A DNA stretch of 64,000 bases from Isurus oxyrinchus (Eukaryota), in assembly GCA_026770705.1 (NCBI GenBank), contig JANJGN010000008.1, positions 162,316,001 through 162,380,000 of the forward strand, given 5' to 3'. Position 1 is the stretch's first letter. Every line of letters begins with the position of its first letter. Below are positions 49,661 to 63,572 of this stretch, piece by piece. The position numbers were made by a program, and so were the translations under genes. Under the pieces are notes generated by a model. That model did no database searches and was not told where the DNA came from. It was given only the letters and a program-made list of their open reading frames with translations.

Positions 49661-50944
49661 TAAAGGGAATTTCTTATGAAAGAAAAACTTTGGCTAGAGT
49701 CCACCATGTTGGAGTAAAACACATTTCACTGGGACTAAGATCAGAGATTCTGAGGGAAATGAATCAGACAAGAGAAAGGTCGACGGTTTCAGGTTCGGGA
49801 CTCTGTTTTTGCTTCTCCAGTCACTGAGGTGTTGATGTACCAACAGCACATAGTCCTGTCGGTGGACATCACTGCTGGCCTGTGTGTCGAACCACAAAGT
49901 GGCAGACTTGAGTAATGCTGTAAAGTATATTTTTCCCCCTCATTCAGGTGCAATTTTCTGTCTCTCCCTCCCTCCCTGGGTGGGGAAACACACTGAAGTA
50001 GAACTGAGTATCAAGTTTAATTTGAGCCTTGAACTTGGCTCTCCTTGCCTGGGTGTCTAATTACCAATGTCCCCAAATAAATACTTATAAACTAAGTGGA
50101 AACGGAGTAATGTTAACAGGAGAACATTTTTCGGTAATGTGAACAATTTACGCATGAGGGGGAGGGAAGAGAATTTGATGATGTCCGCAGGAGTTATCTA
50201 ATTGCTGAAGAAATCTTAATGAGAATTTTGACCTTATAATATCACTACTGTTTATATAGTTCGAAGATAATGACCACTGATTACACTGGAATGAATACTG
50301 TAATGGAAACAGGCAGCATACTTTTCTGCGCATTCACGTTAAATGCACTTATTGTGTTTCGAAGCTGTGTAACCCCACATCCTCCCATTTAGAAACAGGA
50401 AAAAGAATGCACAATGACACTGAACAACTGAAGATCTGACTCAAAAATAGGGCGATTATTCTAAATTATCTTTAATTTAATTTACAGATCCCTTTTTGGT
50501 ATCTTAATTGTCAGGCGCACATATTTATCCCGTTCCCCTACACTGTCCCAGTTTGGATTGCATTCAAGAAAGCATAACTGACATTACAGACTAAGGGATT
50601 GCGTGCAGAGGTGACTGCTTTCCTAGCCAAATCTTGAAGGAGTGCTCCATAAAAGCTTCACAGGAATTTTCTTTCTCTCTCTAAAAACATAAAGACAAAA
50701 TGGTAGTGATTTTGGAGGGGACTTCTGGCAGATTTTCGCTTGGAGATAAGTACGGTGAAATTGCTGCAAGTTAAGAAAGGAGGAGGTGAAAGTGTCAGCG
50801 CAGGGTACGTACCAGTATTTAAGCACTTTGACTGCAGAATCGAGTAATTTAAAGATGCGCTTGCTGATTGCAGTGCGGCCTTATCTAATGAGTGTGTGAA
50901 CAAGCTACTGGAGATATCAGCAGCGGTTTATAGATCAGGAGAGT

Positions 50945-51990
50945 CAGTACAGCACAGAAGGAAGCCATTCAGCTCATCAAATCCATGCCAGCTCTATGTG
51001 GAGCAACACAATTAGTCCCATTGCCCACTCTATTCCCATACCCCCACACGTTTACTTTGCTTAATACCCATCCAATTTCCTTTTGAAATCATTCACCCTC
51101 ATAGGCATCAAGTTCCAGGTCATTACCACTCACTTTGTAAAAGATTTGGTTCTCATGCCCCCTCTGCATGTTTTGCCCAAAAATCCTGAATCTGTGTCCC
51201 CTAATCCCTGTACTATCAGTTAAAAGGAAGAGATTTTCCCTGTCTACCTTATTTAAACCTGTCATAATTTTGTATACCTCTATCAAATTGCCTTTTCTCC
51301 AAGGGGGACAACCCCAGCTTCTCCAGCCTAACCATGTAGCTAACATCTCTCATCTTTAGAACCATTCTGGAAAATCTCCTCTGCACTCTCTCAAGGACCC
51401 TCACATCCTTCCTAAGTTTGGTCACCAGAACTGTATGCAATATACTGGTTGTAGCCCAACCAGCGCCTTATAAAAGGTTCATCATACCCTCCCTGCTTTT
51501 ATATTCAATACCAGTATTTATGAAGCCCAAGATTCCATATGCTTTGTGAACCACTCTCTTAGTTCTGTGGAAAGGTCATGAAGACTTGAAATGTCAACTC
51601 TTTTCTTCTCCGCCGATGCTGCCAGATCTGTTGAGTTTTTCCAGGTAATTCTGTTTTTGTTTTGGATTTCCAGCATCCGCAGTTTTTTGTTTTTAACTCT
51701 CTCAATATGTCCTGTCACCTTCAAAGATTTACGCGTATGACTCCAGATCCCTCGACCCATGCACACTTTTTGGACTGCACCATTAAATCTATATTACTTC
51801 TCCCTATCCCTTCTGCCAAAGCCTCACATTTCTCTTTCATAAATTCCATCTACCAGTTGTCTGCCCATTCTACTGGCCTATTTACATTCTGTTGCAGTCA
51901 ATTGGATCATCTTCACTGTTTGCCACACGCCCAAGTTTCTCGTCATTGGTAGATATGGAAATGTTACGAGGTATTCCAATATCCAAATCA
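50945..51990 (-). mobile_element. CR1 fragment carrying a PLE insertion
   Basis: ORFs LERVQRRFSRM and GNLIEVYKIMTGL. Confidence 0.8.
51560..51695 (+). mobile_element. PLE mini-element with tail
   Basis: Starts TAGTTCTG; TSD ACTCTCT at 51553-51559 and 51696-51702. Confidence 0.85.
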
Positions 51991-52081
51991 GAGTTTGACC
52001 CTAACAGATGTTATTTTGGTTTTTTTTATTCTCTCATAGCTTAGTGGGTAAATTCACTGTGCACAGTCCAGCAGGTCCCAT

Positions 52082-52784
52082 GGGCAGAATTCTCACCCCC
52101 TCGCCCCGTCGGAGGGGGAAGTTGATGGGCCAGCACGTGTGGGCATGCTTCCGATCGGAGGCGTGGCGTCATTTTACATGGGCGGGCCAAATAATGCCCA
52201 CACAGCGTAACGTCCGCAGGGAAGCGCTATGCGCTCCCTGTGTGGGCTGGGGGGGGGGCCTGTTGCCTAAAATCCTAAAATCGAGAGTGCACTCTTTTGC
52301 GTATGCGCACGAAAGAGCGCACTCATCTCCCTGAGGCTAAGTGCAGCCTCAGGGAGATCGCAATATTAAAAATCAGAAGAAGAAAAAAATCCCTTTACAT
52401 GTCCCCTCGTGTGACAATGTCACATGAGTTAAGACACGTTCATAATTTCAACAAAGCTTTATTAAAATTTTTTAAAACCGCCATGAACCTTCATCCCGCT
52501 GGTGGATGAGGTTTCATGTTTTTTCTATTGCCCGCCGGGGCTCCTGGCTGACCAGCCAACCTTAAGGTTGGACGGGCAGGTCCACTAATTACTTTTATTG
52601 ATCTGTCAATGGCCTCAATTGGTCATTGACAGGTTGGCGGGCACGCTGCGCCCCCACCTTCCTGAAAATTTAAATGGGGCGGGGTGATGTCAGGAGTTCT
52701 CCCCTGATGTCACCGCGTGTCATTTTACGTGTCGGCAAGCGGCCTCGCCCCCCCACCCTGCTCGCCGACCGTAAAATCCTGCCC
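52082..52784 (-). mobile_element. Multi-hairpin GC-rich MITE, copy 3, both TIRs present (PIF/Harbinger-like)
   Basis: GGGCAGAATTCT ... AAAATCCTGCCC imperfect TIRs; internal hairpins as in copies 1 and 2. Confidence 0.75.
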
Positions 52785-53283
52785 CTTAGGTTCAATCCCC
52801 ACTCATTAAAGTTGGCTTCAGTGGCTCTGGGATGAGAAAAGAGACAGATAGCAAATTGGGCGACTCTTGTTTAAAGTGCTGGTATCGATCGGCTAGGATA
52901 CTGTCGGCTGTGATACCCGCTCACAAAAAGCACAGCTACTCGTGGGCAATTTCCCAAAAAGTTATCAGCATTCAGGGAGCAACACTCCAGCATTAATCAG
53001 GGCCTTCAGCAGATAAACGATGAACATTGACAGAGGAGAAGGAGGAATATTGTCAGTCAATGCCGCCTGTAAAAGGTCTCACAAATCATTGGGTCAAAGG
53101 AAGGCTTGTAGATAATGTTCAAGATTGGTTTGTGGCACCCAACGGACTGTGAGGGGGAAGGAATGTAATAACAACCACTTACACGAGCTGCTGTATATAC
53201 TGTAATTAGCTCGATACTGCACTCTGAACAAAATGGCATCAGTTGTGTTTTTTCAAATATTTGGCTAGTATTTCTAAATGTTG

Positions 53284-54327
53284 TGTTACGGAGGTGTGTT
53301 GTTTTCAAATGCTAAATTTAAAATTCATCTGGACTCACATATGGACTTTTTTTAAAAGGCAGTTTTAATTTTGAAACAAAGACAGAGATTTATGGTGGTT
53401 GTAGGAGATCACCTGACCTGCACGTGTAAGTTGATCAAGCTTCTGAAAGCTTACAAAGTGGATTACAGATAGGACATGCCCAGGCAACCCTTCTGTGGAA
53501 TTTCACACCTGCTGATGTCAATGATTACTTCAAGAATGGACTGAAACCTAAAATGGCGACCACAATTCGCGTCGCTATATAGCTACATTCCATTTCACCT
53601 GGATGGAGATGGAGAGTCTACAGAGATGATAAATTTTGCAGAGTACACAATCATCCTGGAGAGAGAGAGATCTTGTGATCAAATCCACCTTTTTGAAATG
53701 TCTTTAATTACAAAAGCTCTGCTTGCTTTGCAGCAGTCCGAAGCTGGAGACACCAGCAGCAGAAGGCGGCTTGCCTCTCTCTCCTAACTAAGTTGGACCC
53801 TGTTACTTTACATCAGAATGCAGGCAGCAGACAGAGAAATCCTAAAGACAACTTTGACTTTCAGAGCAGTGTTTCAGGAAAGTAGAAATAACAGCTACAG
53901 CTTTAAACTTAGTTAGCCGAAAACCAAAGCTTTTGGATTGCTACAGCCAGACGAGACAACCACTTACAAACAGTGAACTCTTTATATCTCTGCCTTTTCT
54001 GATCAAGTCTTAACTTGGCCAAAAGTTACCCTTGTTTACTTTGCGACTTGTATTTTTTGCATGTTTGTTTGTGTGCGTGTGTCTGCGCATTGCAATAGTT
54101 GGGATATGTTTACCTTTTGTAATATCTTTACCTGGGTGGGATCTTAGCATTATGGGAGCTACTTGTTTAATGGTCTGACTTAGTTCTTTGCAATCAGCAC
54201 GTAAACAGTCAACTGCATAAACTGAATTGGCACATTCATACCCTTAAGTTTCAAAAATCTGTTACAATCAACAAAGGAGTGGGGCAAGAAGGGGCATCCT
54301 TCCATCCTTCTGCACCTGGTTGCGACA
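53284..54327 (+). mobile_element. LTR followed by a degenerate tRNA-Pro primer-binding site
   Basis: TGTTACGG...TTGCGACA termini; 54334-54360 TGGTGGCTAACTTCCAAGATTTGAACC resembles TGGGGGCTCGTCCGGGATTTGAACC. Confidence 0.6.
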
Positions 54328-55445
54328 GAGCTTTGGTGGCTAACTTCCAAGATTTGAACCTATAGACTTAGCGAGAGAAATTGGAGATGGGAGCTAAAAT
54401 TAATCCCATGACATATGTTCTATTATGGGTTTGTTTTGTGTCTCATTATGAGATCTTGAGGTTTGTATGTTTACACATGAACCATGTAAACATGTTTAAC
54501 CATGTTTAAACATAACATGAACTATGTACAGATCCAGTTACTGCCATGCATGGTGCTGCTCCCATGCAGGTTCCTTCTAGACTGTTCTCTGAGTCTATTA
54601 CCATGTGACTCTATACATCATACCGTGGGCCATATTACTCTCCAGAACCACGTTAACCCTTGCTCTGCTGAGCACTTTTACATTACAATGTAGGCACATA
54701 CAACAAGGTAATTTAAAAAACCCCAACAAATGCCTGGACTTTTAACTTAACGTACATGTCCAAAGCGTCAAGTTAGTTCCTGCCTAGCTCTTCTTCCTCA
54801 AGTTCGGAATAAGAGGCCCACATGCAAAGCTCACCCTAGGGTCAGTCCACTTGAAATCGGGAAACGCAAATCCTGTTCAGCGCTATTTTTATGGGATTTT
54901 GCTCGTGAAAAATCTGGCATATTGGTCTTATTTACAGGAAGATTCCATGTTGCAGTTCATTTGCTGTGGACCAGTGTTTACTGTTTTGCTGTCTAAGTGC
55001 CAAAATTGTACAAAGTGATAGCTTAGTAACATGTTGTTAAGATCAAAACTTATTTGCTGGAATCAACAAATGTATTTTGGTTCTGTTTGCATTGTCTCCA
55101 CAGAACTGACCAAAAAAAATCCATTTAAGGATTTGAAATATGATTCTGGCTTGCTTGGCACTGAACTGACTGTTGACTTGTGTGTTTCATGCAGACGCTT
55201 GATAGATGGAAAGTTTAATGTTGTATAGCATTGTCCACAGATTCATTCCTGAATACATTTTCACCGGCAAACTAGCCCGAGGAAGCAAAGATTTCACTTC
55301 TGTTACCAAACACCTCAGTCTGCACTGGCTCAGGTACGATCTCATAGCTAGCTGCCATTTCGACAGAGTAATAACTACAATCGCAAAACTTTTTACACTG
55401 ATAGTTTCGTCGTATCAGGGATTGAAGTGGACGAATCTACACCAA

Positions 55446-55855
55446 GGGCAGAATTTTACTGGGCCCCCGGGTGGAGGTGAGGGAGGCAGGTGGATGTGTT
55501 TTTTTTTAAATAAAGCACGAAAGGGGGGGGTGGGGCCGGGGGCAAGGAAGGCAGCGCCTTGAGGGCTCCAGTGATTTCCCCCCCTCCCCCCCGAGAGGTT
55601 TTCCTTCCAGTATTCAGCCCTGGATTTAAAAAGAAATTTAACCTGGGCTTCTGTAGTGTCCCAGTCTGCCCAGCCACACGGGTGGCGCCGCTGAGGCTGT
55701 AGGTCCCCTGACTGGGCTGGCAGCTCTCTTGGGATGGGGGGTGGGGGGTGCAGGTTGCCATCTTCAATAGGAAGCTGCAGAGGGAAGGCCAGCCAGTCAC
55801 CCGCATTTCCCACTGATGTTGGACCTTCCGCCCAACTGGCAGAAAAATTCAGGCC
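55446..55855. mobile_element. Harbinger-like MITE
   Basis: GGGCAGAATTTT ... AAAATTCAGGCC TIRs around a GC-rich body. Confidence 0.6.
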
Positions 55856-56241
55856 AGGGAGTTTAGCGAGATGTATAGTGAGGGCGCGGTAGACTTTCAT
55901 CAGGTTAGGGTATCTAGAGATAGTCAGGTAAATGGACATGAGGAACAGATCAGCCATGATTTAACTGAGTAGTGGAAGAGGCTTAAGGGGCTGAACAGCC
56001 TATTCCTGTTCTGAAAGACCTTGACAATGCCTCTTGAAGGTACAGTAGTCACTATGGCCTCAAACCCACAAGATACCACATGGTAGGTGTCAAATTTCAT
56101 TTTTCCACTGCCAATATATACAGTGCAAAAAAGGCACCTTATAGCACAGAGAGAATTTCCATTACAATTTATTATCAACACAGCACATAATTCATCTTAC
56201 ACATTGGGAGGAGAAACAGTGCACACATGGAGAGATTTTAG

Positions 56242-57222
56242 TTTTTTTTATTCATTCACGTGACGTAGGCTTCGCAGGCTGGGCCAGCATTTATTGCTCT
56301 TCCCTAGTTGCCCTTGAGAAGGTGGTGGTGAGCTGCCTTCTTGAACCGCTGAAGTCCATGTGGCGTAGGTACACCCACAGTGCTGTTAAGGAGGGAGTTC
56401 CAGGATTTTGATCCAGTGACAGTGAAGGAATGGTGATATATTTCCAAGTTAGGATGGTGAGTGATTTGGAGGGGAACTTCTACGTGGTGGCGTTCCCATC
56501 TATCTGCTGCCCCTGTCCTTCTAGATGGTAATGGTCATGGGTTTGAAAGGTTCTGTCGAAGGAGCCTTGGTGAATTCCTGCAGTGCATCTTATAGATGGT
56601 ACACACTGCTGCTACTGTGCATCGGTGGTGGAGGGAGTGAATGTTTGTGGATGTGATGCCAATCAAATGGACTGCTTTGTCCTGGACAGTGTCCAGCTTC
56701 TTGAATGTTGTGGGAGCTGCACTCATCCAGGCAAGTGGAGAGTATTCCACCACACCCCTGACTTGTGCCTTGTAGATGGTGGGCAGGCTTTGGGGAATCA
56801 GGAGGTGAGTTACTCATTGCTGGATGCCTAGCCTCTGACCTGCTCTTGTAATCACAGTATTTGTATGGCTGGTCCAGTTCAGTTTCTGGTCAATGGTAAC
56901 CCCCTGGATGTTGATAGTTGGGGATTCAGTGATGGTAATGCCATTGAACATCAAGGGGTGATGGTTAGATTCTCTTTAGATGGAGATGTTCATTGACTGG
57001 CACTTGTGTGGTGCAGATGTTACTTATCACTTGTCAGCCCAAGCCTGGATATTGTCCAGGTCTTGCTGTATTTGGGCATGGACTGCTTCAGTATCTGAAG
57101 AGTCACGAATGGTGCTGAACATTGTGCAATCATCAGCAAACATCCCCACTTCTGACTTTATGATAGAAGGAAGGTCATTGATGAAGCAGCTGAAGATGGT
57201 TGGGCCGAGGACACTACCCTGG
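56242..57222 (-). mobile_element. HER1-like LINE 3' fragment
   Basis: ORF 57027-57278 QGSVLGPTIFSCFINDL..FADD; rc of 11830-12807. Confidence 0.92.
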
Positions 57223-60200
57223 TGATACGAGTATTGTGTGAAATGTTTTAAACAAAACCAGACGCTGTTCAGGCTCACTTTATTTATCCTTCACATTTGC
57301 TGATCTTTCTCCCCACCACATCTGATGTTCTGTTCTACTTTCTCTTGCCAGTTTTCTTCACTCTCCTAATGTAAAACCACAAACCCACGCGTAAGCCGAT
57401 ACCCTCCCTTAGCTTACGAACTATACCTAAAAGAATTTTAACGCAATGTGGAGGAGGTCTTCTGCCCTCTACTGTAATATCTAATTTAAACTGTTGACAT
57501 CTTCATTGCAAGTCGGTTACATATTTCTATGCTGCTGTCAAAAGCAGGGTTTTCCATCACAGTGCTTGCCAAAATCTCAGGGGGCAGTCCACATCCCTTT
57601 AATTAGAGCTGACTGCTGTGACATCACCGCACTGAAGCTTTTCCTTGAGCCCGCCCACTGGTATCTGTGGTGGAGGAAGGAGGCTCTGCAGATTGTACAT
57701 CTGCTTGTGCAGCTCTGGAACAGAAGGAGTGGATAAAAGGAGGTCCCACGCAAGACTTGCCTACGTGCTGCAATTTTACTTGGGAGCTCTCTTCAGAATG
57801 TAAATACATCACACAAGGATCCAGTGTGCCAGTCAGTTTGTCCTCCCCCTGTTATATGCTCAGAACCAAGAAGATGACATGCTGGATTTCAGTGTACTTC
57901 ATGCCAATGCCATGCTGATGTTGCAGATAGCCTGGTGTGTCAGCAAGCCACAACTCTGACAGTGTGCTAACTCACGGCCTTAGACTGCAAGGATTCTCTC
58001 TCTTAGCTCATTTTTACAACAATTTTTTTTTGCAGTAAATAGTGAAGATCAATGGTGTTGCTAACACAAAGGACCTGTTAAGTATCAATAGGGGAGTTCA
58101 GAATAAAATATTATTTAAAAAAAAACTGCCTTTTTGACATTTACTACTTGGAACTGGTACCTGGGCATCAAGCACTTGAAAACCTTTGACAAGAGAGCCA
58201 CAGTGATTTACACAGAGGAGAGATTGGAGTTTCTGGTAACAGTCACTCTGGTGAGATGCTACACTTCACACAAGCATTTTTTCCACTTAAAGAGCAGAGG
58301 CAAGAAAGTTAAGAGAGTAAGGACGACAATACTGGCAACATCAATCTGGTAAGAAAGACTGTTTCAGTATCTCCTAAGACTTACACATTGAGTTTTAAGT
58401 GTCAAATGCAGAAGGAAGCCAATTAAGAGCTGAATGTTTATTTTGTACAGGAAGCATGATCATTACTATTACAAATCAAATTGAGCTGCACTAATATTGA
58501 AGTCCAGACTTTAATGGCCTTCTCTGCAGTCATCTTAAAAAAGAATCAGTAAAACGAAGTCACTTCCTTGTGAAACACTCTTTTTCTTAAATGTAAGATG
58601 ATAATTAGTAATTCATTGTGTAACTTCGGGAGCACAGCAGAAGACAGATCACAGAATATTGTGAGAGTTCTCAGTTTTATCATAACGTTTATGCCTGGTT
58701 CATTGGCCAACAAAATTGGCACCTTCTCTTTGTGTGCTAACTTATATAGCAATTTTTACAGCAGGCTGAAAAAGTTACTTCAGCTAGTTTTTCACACTTT
58801 TTAAAAACACTATTATACTAAAATTGTAGCTACAAGGATCCTAAGGATGAGCCTGAATAGGGATAAAAAAAATTATGTTTCAAAAAGGCAATTGTACTTA
58901 TATTTTAAGGTAACAGACAACAGTGTAAAACTTCTGTGCACAGCATCACTTCACACATATTCCAACTTCTGCTGAAAGATTCAACGAGCTTCATGTATAA
59001 CAAACACAGTTTAATATTGCTGAATTTTTAATATATCCCTTCAAGTACTCAATTGAGCTCCTCAAAGAATAAAATAAGCTTCTATTGAACAAAGTCTGCA
59101 ATAATCAAGGCAGGAGCCTATTTGTTTCAATATGTCTATGATTGGGTTCAATAGAGAGAAATTTGCTTTATAACAGAGTCTCACAGAAAATAAAGTGGAA
59201 CACTAAAGAGACAAAGGATTTTTCTTTCAAAGTGTTTGAAAAGTGCGTTCCAAGTCCTTTCCCACTGATCAGCAGCTTGCCTGTGACAGCAGACTTTAAT
59301 GAGGTGCCCAAGAATGTCAAGAATGCCCAGCTAGCTGATCACTCTTAGGACGCAGTCTCTTGGGTTGGCAGACTCTCCTGACAAAACCTTGGTGTTCAGG
59401 CTTTGAATGAAACAAAAGTTTCTTTCTCCATGGTCACTGTGTGCAGGAGAAGAAGGGAGGAGGCAGGAGGTGGAGAGGGAGAAGTTGGGGGTGGGGTGGG
59501 GGGGGGGGGTGGGGGGGGAGTGAATCACGTCGGACAAGATAGTATCAAACAAACAACAATAGAGAAGGGAGAGAAAAAAAAATCTCTATTTTCTTCCCTC
59601 TATTTGCCTTGTGTACATTAGGAGTTAAATTGGTGGTTTCACCACATGAGACACAGTTTCCACAAGCAGGCTGACGTTGAAAAAAATCTTGGCAAACTCG
59701 ATCGAGTGCTGCTGCTGAACTGAAAGAAAAACAAAGAACGTACAGCAGTTATCTCAGACCCAGGTAACCAATCCACCCCCCACCTCCCCACCTTCCCCCC
59801 TCCCCCCGCCCCCCGCACCAGCAGAACAATATCCAGTGGGGAGGCTGTGTGGGGTGGGCAGTGCAGCCTGGGTCTTTGTTCAAAATCTGATATCACAGAG
59901 AGAAAGAGAGAGAGAGAAAAAAAATCCTTAACCTTATTGTCACAGCCATGCTAAATGCTTGAGCATTTTAAGGGCAGATCAAGTTACCAGCGTTACCTAC
60001 TTACAGCCACGTCCGAATGTGACGGCTGCAGAAACTTTACACAGAAGTGGTCGGAGAGTTTTAAGAACTGTTCTGCGGTAAATACACAAATCAGTTGGAC
60101 TGGAGTGTAGAGTGCCTCAGATCTTCGGTTCCTTTTGCTTGGTTACAGGGTGCAAAGTGTTTGTGATGTTCCACAAACCTTCGTATGCTAGCGCTCAGCA

Positions 60201-61682
60201 GAAGCAGCACTGCTAGTGTGTGGGTTGCAATTTAGGTCATCAAATTTTATTGCAATGTTAGCTGTTAGTGCACATGGTGCTGCCAAAGGGACAGTTTTCA
60301 GAATGACATAAGTTTGTATTTTTTTAAAAAGAAGACCATAAGTACCAATGAGAACAGCTAAAAATTTACTTGGCTAACAACTGATAAACTGTTTTTTTAA
60401 AAAAATCCATTGTTCCAGTGACAGTCGATGCAATGTCCAGTATTTCTCCTTTAAGTGACAAGCAAAAGCTTTAACATGACCTTTCTGGGAGGCCTGCATT
60501 TACTTATCCAAATTCTTGTAGCTAGACAGTGAATCAATTCCTTAGAAAGACTCCAGTTTTAAATTCCAACATGTCATATTGCCCACAGCATAATTCTATC
60601 ACGTGCAATATGCCTTAACTATTCAGTACAATATTATGTACATGAACAAAAAGGAAAATAAGTTGGAACCTTGAACAAAACTCTGTTTACATTACATCAG
60701 GTCTTCATCATAGCAGACTCGACAGTGCAACGCTAACAGATTTCAGCATCTCTCTCCCTTTCTTTTATTACAAACTTCCCACACACTCTGGCTTTGGCTT
60801 TGTTGATCCCGTTGACTTTTTGAAAGGAAACATTAAATCATGCTCGACTTGATCCCAATTCAGGTTCTTCCCCATTTAGATAAACAGCAAATGTTATTGA
60901 CACCAGTCTATACAAGAACAAATGCAGAGCCTGAAATAGTGTACCATGCACACACTGACCACTGCAGGAAGTCATTGGAAGTATCACTCCACAGTGGTGG
61001 TGGAAGAGGAGGCTGTTGTCCTGTTGCTTCTAACGAACAAATGTCATAAAGAAAGAAAGCAAACAGCTCAACCAATTCCACCTTAGAGCATTTACCTATA
61101 CATGAAACTGGATTAGATGTGCAGCTGGACAGGATGGGTCCAAGTAGCACAGGCAGCAGAGCACCTACCCTCCAGGCAACAGATGGCCTCAGATTCAAGT
61201 CAAACAGCAGCAAAGCTGCTTTAAGACTGTTGGCCACTATTGGGTGAAAGTCTCGTTTCTCATTTGGACTATTACATTATGCTAGGACATGCCAACTCGG
61301 GAGTGCAAAGAAGTCTGACACAGTTGGCTCACCTCTTACAATAAGATTACTTCAAGAGTATTGTTCATCAAATGACACAGAGTTATGATGAGATCACGGA
61401 GATTTCTAGAGACCAGGCTAGTCTGCTATGTACTGCACTCTTCCATCCCCCACTATCTGATCACAGCTACACGGTAGCAAATGATTCCTGAGACATCAAC
61501 GGCAGAAAATAAGGAGACGAAGCAAGCAATGAAGGAAATTCAAGACACCCAAATGGACGCTTTGCAAAACATTAATTCAAAGGGAGTTGATTCCAGCAAA
61601 TCCATACCAGGTGATTCGGACTGGTAATACTTTGTCACGATGCACATACAAGGCACCATGCACAACATATAACTGAGGCTTG

Positions 61683-62010
61683 CAACAATAACTAGTATTT
61701 ATATAGCACCTTTAACATAAGAAAGCATCCCAAGGCCCTTCACAAGAATATTAGAAAGCAACATTTGACAAGGAGTCACACGAGGAGATATTGAGGAAGA
61801 TGCTGAAAAGCTTGGTCGAAGGGGTAGGTTTTAAGGAGCACTTTACAGGAGGAAAGCGGGTTAGGGAGGTGGAAGGCTTTAGGGAGGGCCTTCCAGAGCT
61901 TGGGTTCAATGCAGCTGAAGGCAAGGCTGCCAATAGAGGAGTGATTAAAATCAGCAATGCTCAAGAGGCCAGGGTTGGAGGAGCTCAGGTATTGCGGATG
62001 GCTGTCCGGG
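61683..62010 (-). mobile_element. L2-like 3' fragment
   Basis: rc tail CAACAATAACTAGTATTTATATAGCACCTTTAAC; LWKALP..LLKTYPFDQAF remnant. Confidence 0.65.
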
Positions 62011-62709
62011 GGCTGATAGTCCGGGGGCAGGAACGGAGGCGGGAGGTGGGAGAGAAACGAGATAATGATGCAAATTCAAGATCCTTTTCATTTGCCAACT
62101 TCTGCCAGGTTTAGGCTATTTAAAAGTGCAGAATAAGCAGAGTTGCAAACTATTTTGAAGCAAAATTCCTACCGTGTCCAAGGCACTAATTGCGGCTTGG
62201 GTCTGTTTGAGCCGGAATTCTACTTTCAATGTTCCATCTTGTAGGATGCCAATTAATTTCTTTATCCAGAAGAGACTCAGTTACAAACAAGGAGGCAAGA
62301 TAATCATCTAACGGCTGAAAACCTGCCAACAATTCTTCAGAATTATTTTCCAAAGTACACAGGCCGTAGACCAAAAGATGACTGAATTCAAAATGGACAA
62401 AATATTGCCAGGTACCAAGTCCTTTCCAGGAAACCTCAATGTCACCCATTGATTTATTGTGCTTTCTTTCAAAGTGGAAATAAGCAGTTTCTTGTTCACT
62501 AATTACATTTCCCTTGATACAATGTGTTCATAACACACAGCAATGTTCTACAAAAAATAGTTACTAGGCAACTCCCCAAAAACTGCTAGATATCATTAGG
62601 CCTAAATTTTAACTAAAGGTTTTCAGAAAAAAAACAGCCCCAAACCATCGAAGGGAGATATTTAAAGGGTTAGTCACACATAAGCTGAACATGTATTTTG
62701 CCTCTCCTA

Positions 62710-63515
62710 TTCTAGAATTCAATCTTCTGCCCCCATTGGAAGCAAGAAGGGAAGCCGGAGGGCCTGAAAATTTGGTGGGTTAATGTCGGTACCAATGCCC
62801 AATGCCTTCCTGCCTCCACCAGAAGTGTGGGCGGGGAAAACCCCTGGTTGACCTTCCCACCCCTCCTCCACCTGAGACCCATGCGCACTAAATAGCCAAT
62901 GGCCAATTGATGGCTATTTGAGGCCTCTTCCTGCCTCCACTGCAATTTTCTCAGCATCAGGCTGACCTGCTGACACTCGGGCTGTACATCAGTTGGGTGG
63001 GTGGGTGGGTGGGGGGGGGGGGGTGGGATCCATCAATCTGCACTAATCTGTGCATGATCAAGGGCATGGACATGGAGCATGGGGTGGCCGCTGACAGCCA
63101 CTCCCCTGCCCTTGCTTCCAAACCTGCACCCCCCCCCCCCCACCACCCCGACCCCATCTCCCCACGACCGCCACACCACCTCCCCCACCCCGTTACTTAA
63201 CCTTTCTTCTGGGTCCTGGGACTCCGGTGGGTGCTGTTCCGACACCAGCCACATCCTCCTCTGTGGCGCTGTTGATCACAGGAGCGGCCAGCCTCTGACT
63301 GGCCTGCAGCTCTTGGCAGGCAGGACTTCTGCCTCCAGGTACTTGATTCTGGAGGAAGGCTCACTGGTATCCCTGAATCTGCCCGATTGGCATTAGATCC
63401 AGCAGGCCTTCCGAAGAGGAGGCAGCGCGGGATCTTATGCCAGCTCTCAAGCTGACAGGCGAGACCCTTCCCACCAATGGAAGGTTCCACCCCTGGGAGC
63501 AATAATGTTGCCGTC
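62710..63515. mobile_element. Degenerate GC-rich MITE-like element
   Basis: Internal similarity to 13190-13310. Confidence 0.4.
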
Positions 63516-63572
63516 ATATTGATGCAAAGTAAGTTTATTCTGGGCCCCAGCGGAGATTTAATTGCAGGAGTT

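Noticed and set aside
59645-59731. Minus-strand exon after a strong acceptor (ttttctttcag|TTCAGCAGCAGC...)
   Set aside because: Only weak donors follow and none of the three translations is recognisable.
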